A stretch of 18,715 nt of DNA, from IMG/VR virus record IMGVR_UViG_3300012117_000003, positions 1-18,715 of that record, one strand, 5' to 3'. This DNA is from a virus. Shown piece by piece: positions 13,843 to 18,715 of the stretch (positions are counted from its first letter, which is position 1; every line of letters begins with the position of its first letter). The translations under genes were made by a program, and so were the position numbers. The notes below the pieces were generated by a model. That model was not told the origin of the DNA. It did no database searches and saw only the letters and a program-made list of their open reading frames with translations.

Positions 13843-15591
13843 ATGGAACCTTTAGAATTTGCGCGGCTATACCTCCAACCATATAAAGAAAAAGGCGCGG
13901 AGATCGTACCGCAGTATTGCCCGTTCTGCCACGGCGGGAGCCACCGCGATAAATATTCCTTTGCGCTGAATATCGAAAAAAAGACATATAACTGCAAGCG
14001 CGGGAGTTGCGGAGCGCAGGGGCATTTTACGCAGCTATGCCGGGAATTTGGGGTACAGACTATGGAATATACGCCGCCCAAAAAGACTTATAAAAAACCA
14101 GAGAAGCAGCCAAAACCGTTGCATGATGCGGCTATGAAATATATGTTTTTGCGGGGGATCAGCCAAGAAACCGCCGAGGTATACCGAATAGGAACAGATG
14201 AAAATGGAAATTTAATGTTCCCATACTTTGCCGACACCGGGGAACACGTTTTTAATAAATACCGTTATCCGCGCAAGCTGGAAAAGGGAGATCGTAAGGC
14301 GTGGCGCGAAGCTGATACAATGCCGGCATTGTTCGGTATGAATCTTTGCGATACGTCGAAGCCGTTGACAATCTTTGAGGGAGAATTTGACGCATTAGCG
14401 GGGCATGAGGCCGGAATACCAAATTGTGTTAGCGTTCCGTCCGGGGCCGAAGATTTCACATGGTTAGATACATGCTGGGAGTTTGTGCAGCGGTTTGAAA
14501 ACATTTACTTGTTCGGTGACAATGACGCGCCCGGAGTGCAAATGATACGGCGGCTGGCGGCAAAATTGAGCGATAAAAAAATATTTGTCGTGGCGCATAA
14601 ATGCAAGGACGCGAACGAATTATTATACCGCGAGGGGCCGGAGGTGGTAAGGGCGGCATGGGAGGCCGCAAAGGAAATACCCGTTGCTGGACTTCTCAAC
14701 CTTGCGGAAGTGGCCCCGCTTGACGTTGAAAATATGGAAAGCGTCAATACGAGTATTTCCCCTCTTAATAAGATGATCGGCGGCTTTTATTATGGTGATG
14801 TAACCACATGGACGGGCAAGCGTGGCGAGGGGAAAAGTACCCTGTTATCCCTGCTTATGCTGGATGCAATCGAGGACGGGAAAAAAGTATGCGCTTATTC
14901 CGGCGAACTTCGGGCAGATCGTTTTCAGTATTGGACGGATTTACAGGCGGCAGGAAAAGATTCCATACAAGAATATTATGACTACGCCAAAGACAGACAG
15001 ACGTATTATGTTCCGAAAGATACCCGGAGTAAAATCCATGAATGGTATAACGGCAAATACTGGCTCTATGACAACGCTATATCCCAAACGGACGAAGAAA
15101 TAACCATATTGAAAGCCTTTGAAATGGCGGCGCGGCGGTATGATTGCCGGGTATTTCTGGTTGATAATCTTATGACCGCCGATTATGGGAAAATGAGTGA
15201 CAGCGATTTTTACCGACAACAATCAAGATTTGTCGGGCAGCTTGTATCATTTGCAAATAAGCACAACGTCCATGTTCACCTTGTCGCGCACCCGCGAAAA
15301 ACGAGGGGGCCGCTGGAAAATGACGATATAAGCGGCAGCGGAGATATTACTAACCGAGTAGCAAATGTTATTACCTTGAGCAAGAATACAAAAGCAGAAA
15401 TAGCCTTTGATTTATCGCTGGAAGTAACAAAGAACCGTTGGGAGGGTAATTGTGGGACTGTTGGACTGAATTACTGCAAGATTAGCCATAGGATATATGT
15501 CCCGAATGTTGGCGATATTGTCCGCTATGGCTGGACAGATCAGCCCGACCGCTTCATTGAAGTTGACCCCTCCGGGGATATGCCGTGGTAG
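13843..15591 (+). CDS. Bifunctional primase-helicase (zinc finger + TOPRIM + DnaB/gp4-like helicase), 582 aa
   Basis: CPFC...CKRGSC zinc finger. TOPRIM residues: IFEGEFDALA and LFGDNDAPG. Walker A: TGKRGEGKST. Walker B: VFLVDNLM. Also HVHLVAHPRK. Confidence 0.9.
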   Translation: MEPLEFARLYLQPYKEKGAEIVPQYCPFCHGGSHRDKYSFALNIEKKTYNCKRGSCGAQGHFTQLCREFGVQTMEYTPPKKTYKKPEKQPKPLHDAAMKYMFLRGISQETAEVYRIGTDENGNLMFPYFADTGEHVFNKYRYPRKLEKGDRKAWREADTMPALFGMNLCDTSKPLTIFEGEFDALAGHEAGIPNCVSVPSGAEDFTWLDTCWEFVQRFENIYLFGDNDAPGVQMIRRLAAKLSDKKIFVVAHKCKDANELLYREGPEVVRAAWEAAKEIPVAGLLNLAEVAPLDVENMESVNTSISPLNKMIGGFYYGDVTTWTGKRGEGKSTLLSLLMLDAIEDGKKVCAYSGELRADRFQYWTDLQAAGKDSIQEYYDYAKDRQTYYVPKDTRSKIHEWYNGKYWLYDNAISQTDEEITILKAFEMAARRYDCRVFLVDNLMTADYGKMSDSDFYRQQSRFVGQLVSFANKHNVHVHLVAHPRKTRGPLENDDISGSGDITNRVANVITLSKNTKAEIAFDLSLEVTKNRWEGNCGTVGLNYCKISHRIYVPNVGDIVRYGWTDQPDRFIEVDPSGDMPW

Positions 15592-15607
15592 AAAGGAGGG
15601 TAAACGG

Positions 15608-15847
15608 ATGAACAGGCAAACAGTATCGGCGGTAGAGGGGTTTGTAATGTTTATAGAATCCCTGCGAGAACCGCAGCCGCGCCACGGACGCAAAGAAATA
15701 ACCGCCTTACTCGATTACACAAAGCGGCAGACAAAGAAGAATTGGCATGTTTATTCTGATTGCAAGCGCCGCCTTGATGACCTGAATATCACATGCAAGC
15801 AATATCAAAGGGCGCACAGGTCAATTATTAATATTTTGCGAGTTTGA
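15608..15847 (+). CDS. Hypothetical protein (79 aa)
   Basis: ATG at 15608 after a GAAAGGAGGG RBS; the track start at 15497 overlaps the helicase gene. Confidence 0.55.
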   Translation: MNRQTVSAVEGFVMFIESLREPQPRHGRKEITALLDYTKRQTKKNWHVYSDCKRRLDDLNITCKQYQRAHRSIINILRV

Positions 15848-15860
15848 AAGGAGAACGCAT

Positions 15861-16088
15861 TTGACATTCACGCAATGGCTCAAACGCCACATAAAGGATG
15901 ATACCCCCGTGGGGGATTTCGCGAGGGACGCGCAGAGGGCAAAGGATTTTCCGCAGAATGGGACAATGGGAACCTATTCAGCATACCTCACCAATCGCGG
16001 AGCCTGTCGGGAGGCACGGGCCGCATTCCGTGAAGCGTGGCCTCAGTATGAAAAAGAAAAAGCACCCGCCGGCAATGCCCGTCAGTGA
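15861..16088 (+). CDS. YozE (SAM-like) family protein (75 aa)
   Basis: TTG start 7 nt after AAAGGAG. TFTQWLKRH...VGDFARDAQRAKDFPQNGT...YSAYL...AFREAWPQYE parallels the YozE pattern (FY.YL...D.FP...SYL...FDEAW.QYE). Confidence 0.7.
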   Translation: MTFTQWLKRHIKDDTPVGDFARDAQRAKDFPQNGTMGTYSAYLTNRGACREARAAFREAWPQYEKEKAPAGNARQ

Positions 16089-16178
16089 GTGCCGCAGGGA
16101 ACGCGCCCCGCCTATCCAATGTCAGTATACCACAATGGGGCCGCTCCTGCAATCCAAACAATACAGGAGGGTTATTCC

Positions 16179-16433
16179 ATGACAACAGATGATGTTATTC
16201 AGATCGAAAGAAGCCCGGATTTTACCACCATAGCGCACGAAGTAAGCGCCCACATGAGCGCGTTGCCGTTAACTAATGAGCAGAACAACCGGCTTGTGGA
16301 ACTCGTCATAAAGCAAATAAACGAGGCCGAAACCACCGCCTTTAGACAGGGGTTTGATATGGGCGTGGAGCTGGGCCGGTACTTTGCCGAGAACCCGGAG
16401 GACGCGCCGCCGGTTGTGGGGTTGCTGCAATGA
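16179..16433 (+). CDS. Hypothetical protein (84 aa)
   Basis: ATG at 16179 with an AGGAGG RBS 8 nt upstream; the track start at 16089 is rejected. Confidence 0.55.
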   Translation: MTTDDVIQIERSPDFTTIAHEVSAHMSALPLTNEQNNRLVELVIKQINEAETTAFRQGFDMGVELGRYFAENPEDAPPVVGLLQ

Positions 16434-16915
16434 GCGATTACATACTTGCAATAGACCCCGGCAATGTCCAAAGTGCCTATACTCTGCTTGATGCTGAATC
16501 CCTAAAACCTATCACGGCGCAGATCGTCCCCAACGACAAGTTGCTACAGATCGTAACGGGCAACCCGGACAAAGATACCACAAATTTTGTAATCGAAATG
16601 GTTGCATCTTACGGTATGGCGGTAGGCGAAACAGTTTTTGAGACGGTATTCTGGATAGGCCGGTTTTACGCCGCCGCCGAACAGTACCGCGCCCGCTATC
16701 GTATCAAACGCATGGACGTTAAAATGCACTTGTGCCATAGCAGCAGGGCCAAAGATGCGAATGTTCGACAATCCCTAATTGATCGTTTCGGTGAAGTTGG
16801 CACGAAGAAAGCGCCGGGGTGGTTCTATGGATTCCGGGCCGATATGTGGGCCGCTTATGCCGTGGGCGTGACCTATGCGGATAGCGTGTGCATACCGGCG
16901 GCGCGGCCTCCTTAA
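16430..16915 (+). CDS. RuvC-like Holliday junction resolvase (161 aa)
   Basis: ATGA overlap with the preceding gene. ILAIDPGNVQSAY (first acidic motif), FVIEMVASYG (Glu motif), and late acidic residues (DANV, DMWAAYA), as in Gram-positive phage RuvC-type resolvases. Confidence 0.65.
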   Translation: MSDYILAIDPGNVQSAYTLLDAESLKPITAQIVPNDKLLQIVTGNPDKDTTNFVIEMVASYGMAVGETVFETVFWIGRFYAAAEQYRARYRIKRMDVKMHLCHSSRAKDANVRQSLIDRFGEVGTKKAPGWFYGFRADMWAAYAVGVTYADSVCIPAARPP

Positions 16916-16958
16916 CCATTGATAGATTTATCAATCGTAAACGGAAAGGAGAAAGCCC

Positions 16959-17267
16959 ATGACTGATAAAATATTTAAGCACAAGGATTTTTCAGCCTAT
17001 ATTGATCCCTGTAATGGCCCTACCCGAAAGCGCATTAACCGGCTTTTGAGTAAATCAATGCAAAAACTACGCCGAACGCAAAGCGAAAAAACAGATGAAG
17101 AAAGATATAAAAAATCCGCTATTATCACTTGTGACTTCTTCGACAATCTGTTTGGCAAAGGTTCCGCTTACAAGATTTTAGGCGATTCCCCTGCTTCAGA
17201 TGATTTTTCAAATGCTATATATGCTTTCGTTGACTATATTAATTCATTCAATAAAAGAGGTGGATAA
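16959..17267 (+). CDS. Hypothetical protein (102 aa)
   Basis: AAAGGAG RBS. No recognisable motif. Confidence 0.6.
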   Translation: MTDKIFKHKDFSAYIDPCNGPTRKRINRLLSKSMQKLRRTQSEKTDEERYKKSAIITCDFFDNLFGKGSAYKILGDSPASDDFSNAIYAFVDYINSFNKRGG

Positions 17268-17270
17268 TTT

Positions 17271-17468
17271 ATGAGCGCGGAAAACGATATTGACCGGAAG
17301 CGCCAAAAAATAAAATGTCCTCATTGCGGACAGGAGCAATATACCAATACTTTCACACCGGCCTCTGTCTGCCTGGGATTGTGGGCGAAGTGCAAAAACC
17401 CCCATTGCCGCAAGGAATATGAAATAAAGGTTTTCCAGGGTGAGCAATACGGAAAGGGGGGAATCTGA
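17271..17468 (+). CDS. Small zinc-ribbon protein (65 aa)
   Basis: GAGGTGG RBS. CPHC...CKNPHC four-cysteine arrangement. Confidence 0.6.
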   Translation: MSAENDIDRKRQKIKCPHCGQEQYTNTFTPASVCLGLWAKCKNPHCRKEYEIKVFQGEQYGKGGI

Positions 17469-17557
17469 TGTTTATACCGCAATTTGTTCTTGGTGTCATT
17501 GTGGGGATCGTGGGCGTATGCGTAGTCGCAGTTATCTATAGCCAGTATAAGAAATAA
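17468..17557 (+). CDS. Possible 29-aa single-TM peptide (MFIPQFVLGVIVGIVGVCVVAVIYSQYKK)
   Basis: TGATG start/stop overlap with the preceding gene. Uniformly hydrophobic core with a KK tail. Below the track cutoff. Confidence 0.35.
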   Translation: MFIPQFVLGVIVGIVGVCVVAVIYSQYKK

Positions 17558-17563
17558 AAACTT

Positions 17564-17614
17564 TTGTGCCTGTGTGCCATTCAGAGAAAAATAATCTATT
17601 GTGCCGTGTGCCAT
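17564..17614 (+). repeat. Direct repeat TTGTGCC(T)GTGTGCCAT x2 immediately upstream of the tape measure gene
   Basis: Copies at 17564-17580 and 17599-17614, with starts 35 bp apart, in the only intergenic gap (77 bp) of the long rightward operon. Confidence 0.5.
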
Positions 17615-17634
17615 AAACCGAAAGTTGGTGAATT

Positions 17635-18715
17635 ATGGCAGAAGGTCGCGTAGAAATTTCAACTGAATTGGACAACACAGGCATAAAAAAAGGCATTTCT
17701 AATCTTCCTAAAGTTTTCAATCAGTTTAAATCCGCAGTAAGAGATATTGCGGGCGCGTTGGACACTTCCTTTGGCCCCAAACAGCAAAAGCAGATTGACA
17801 CATTAACACAGCGGCTTGCCCGACAGCAAGAAGCGGCCCAAAAAGCGGCCCGCGCCGTTGACGATATCCGGCGGCAATATGAAGCAGTAGCGGGCATGGA
17901 AACCACTCCTGCATCACTCCGCAAGATGGAAACCGAACTTGCCAGAGTGCAAAAGGAAATCCAGAAAGCCGAAAAAGAATATGAAAATCTGGAATCGCAA
18001 TTACTTAAAGTGCAAGAAAGAGCGGCATTTGAAACAATGGCCTCCGGTGTAGCTTCACCCAAAAATGCTACGGAAATGGAGCGGCTTACTCGCGAATTGG
18101 ACGCTGCCGGACAAAAGCTGGGCGGGATGGACGATAGGGCGCAGCAGTTACAATCATCCATTGAAAGAATCAGGCTTAGTCCAGAGGGATCACAAGAAGC
18201 GCAAAACCTAGCAAGCAAGCTTCAAGGCGCGGAAGAAAAAGCAGCACGGCTTGCAAATGAGGCAGATTTTACCGCAAGTCGGCTGGAGGGATTAAAGGAC
18301 GGGCCGGAGCAAGGAGAAACCGCATTTCAAAAAATGCGCAACGCTGTATCACAAGTCGGCGGCGCTGTAGGTTCTATAGTAAGCAAAGGTGTATCAGCTT
18401 TTGCAAGGCTCGCAAATGTAGTATCACAGGTTGGAACCGGCATTTCCTCTATTGCCCAAAAAGGCGTTTCCGGCATGGGTAAACTATTTGGATCAATCAA
18501 AAAGGTTATAACCGGATTAAAAAATACCACCAAGCACACAAACAAGGCCGGTGGCGCTCTTGAAAAATTCGGTAAGCGAATATTAAAACTTGCAATAGCC
18601 GCCTTTGTGTTTAATCAAATCCGCAAGGCGTTGCGGCAATTAGTGGATTATTTAGGTAGCGCCATGAGAACTAACGAGCAATATGTGGCCTCCCTAGCGG
18701 CTATCAAGGGCAACC
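17635..18715 (+). CDS. Tail tape measure protein, N-terminal part (continues across the junction into 1-2657; total 1,204 aa)
   Basis: ATG at 17635 follows an in-frame TGA (17629-17631) and a GGTGA. There is no stop before the window end, so the ORF is missing from the supplied track. The phase of 18593-18715 equals that of 1-123 (position 3 starts a codon). 958 + 2657 nt = 1,205 codons including the stop. The N-terminal ~250 aa is an Ala/Glu/Gln/Lys-rich coiled coil, followed by the hydrophobic segment LKLAIAAFVFNQI, as in siphophage TMPs. Confidence 0.85.
   Translation, partial: MAEGRVEISTELDNTGIKKGISNLPKVFNQFKSAVRDIAGALDTSFGPKQQKQIDTLTQRLARQQEAAQKAARAVDDIRRQYEAVAGMETTPASLRKMETELARVQKEIQKAEKEYENLESQLLKVQERAAFETMASGVASPKNATEMERLTRELDAAGQKLGGMDDRAQQLQSSIERIRLSPEGSQEAQNLASKLQGAEEKAARLANEADFTASRLEGLKDGPEQGETAFQKMRNAVSQVGGAVGSIVSKGVSAFARLANVVSQVGTGISSIAQKGVSGMGKLFGSIKKVITGLKNTTKHTNKAGGALEKFGKRILKLAIAAFVFNQIRKALRQLVDYLGSAMRTNEQYVASLAAIKGN
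18593..18715. repeat. Right copy of exact 123-bp terminal direct repeat
   Basis: Identical to 1-123; the window ends at the end of the repeat. Confidence 0.95.

Larger units (their letters stand above)
1..18592. mobile_element. Closed 18,592-bp integrative phage-like element (excised/circular or terminally redundant form), satellite-like gene content
   Basis: Exact identity of 1-123 with 18593-18715. A long ORF stays in phase across the junction. The attP-like site is internal, with both arms present. Integrase, repressor/cro switch and replication module are present. Confidence 0.7.

Overview
The window is one closed copy of an ~18.6-kb phage-like integrative replicon. Bases 1-123 recur exactly at 18593-18715, so the unique unit is 18,592 bp. 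A 1,204-codon + strand ORF, tape-measure-like, reads in phase straight across that junction.

Content by module:
(i) Lysogeny: a tyrosine integrase (10003-11415, -) lies beside an attP-like region. There a 50-nt 3' fragment of a tRNA (Pro-GGG-like) is flanked by five direct GTGAGGTTT arm-type repeats. An XRE/CI-like repressor, a divergent Cro-like gene and an excisionase-family HTH protein complete the module.
(ii) Replication: replisome organizer, zinc-finger/TOPRIM/DnaB-like primase-helicase, YozE-like protein and RuvC-like resolvase.
(iii) A tape measure protein with a strict 47-aa tryptophan-periodic repeat block.
(iv) The element's own sigma-70-family factor.
(v) Accessory half: a basic-protein + zinc-ribbon-protein cassette bracketed by two arrays of ~11-bp-phased A-tract repeats; a ~550-nt hairpin-dense region without credible ORFs (candidate large ncRNA); an RHH + TM2 membrane protein pair with palindromic operators; and an ATGA-chained operon of small proteins ending in two membrane proteins.

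No terminase, portal, capsid, tail tube, baseplate or endolysin gene is recognisable. No unassigned ORF is long enough to be a portal or large terminase. The most interesting reading is therefore a self-replicating, integrating satellite-like element that brings only its own tape measure. A heavily deleted phage is the alternative.

Strong AGGAGG-type RBSs and the gene families suggest a Bacillota (Clostridia-like) host; this is inference only. All functional calls rest on motif recognition by eye. No database search, folding or alignment program was run.
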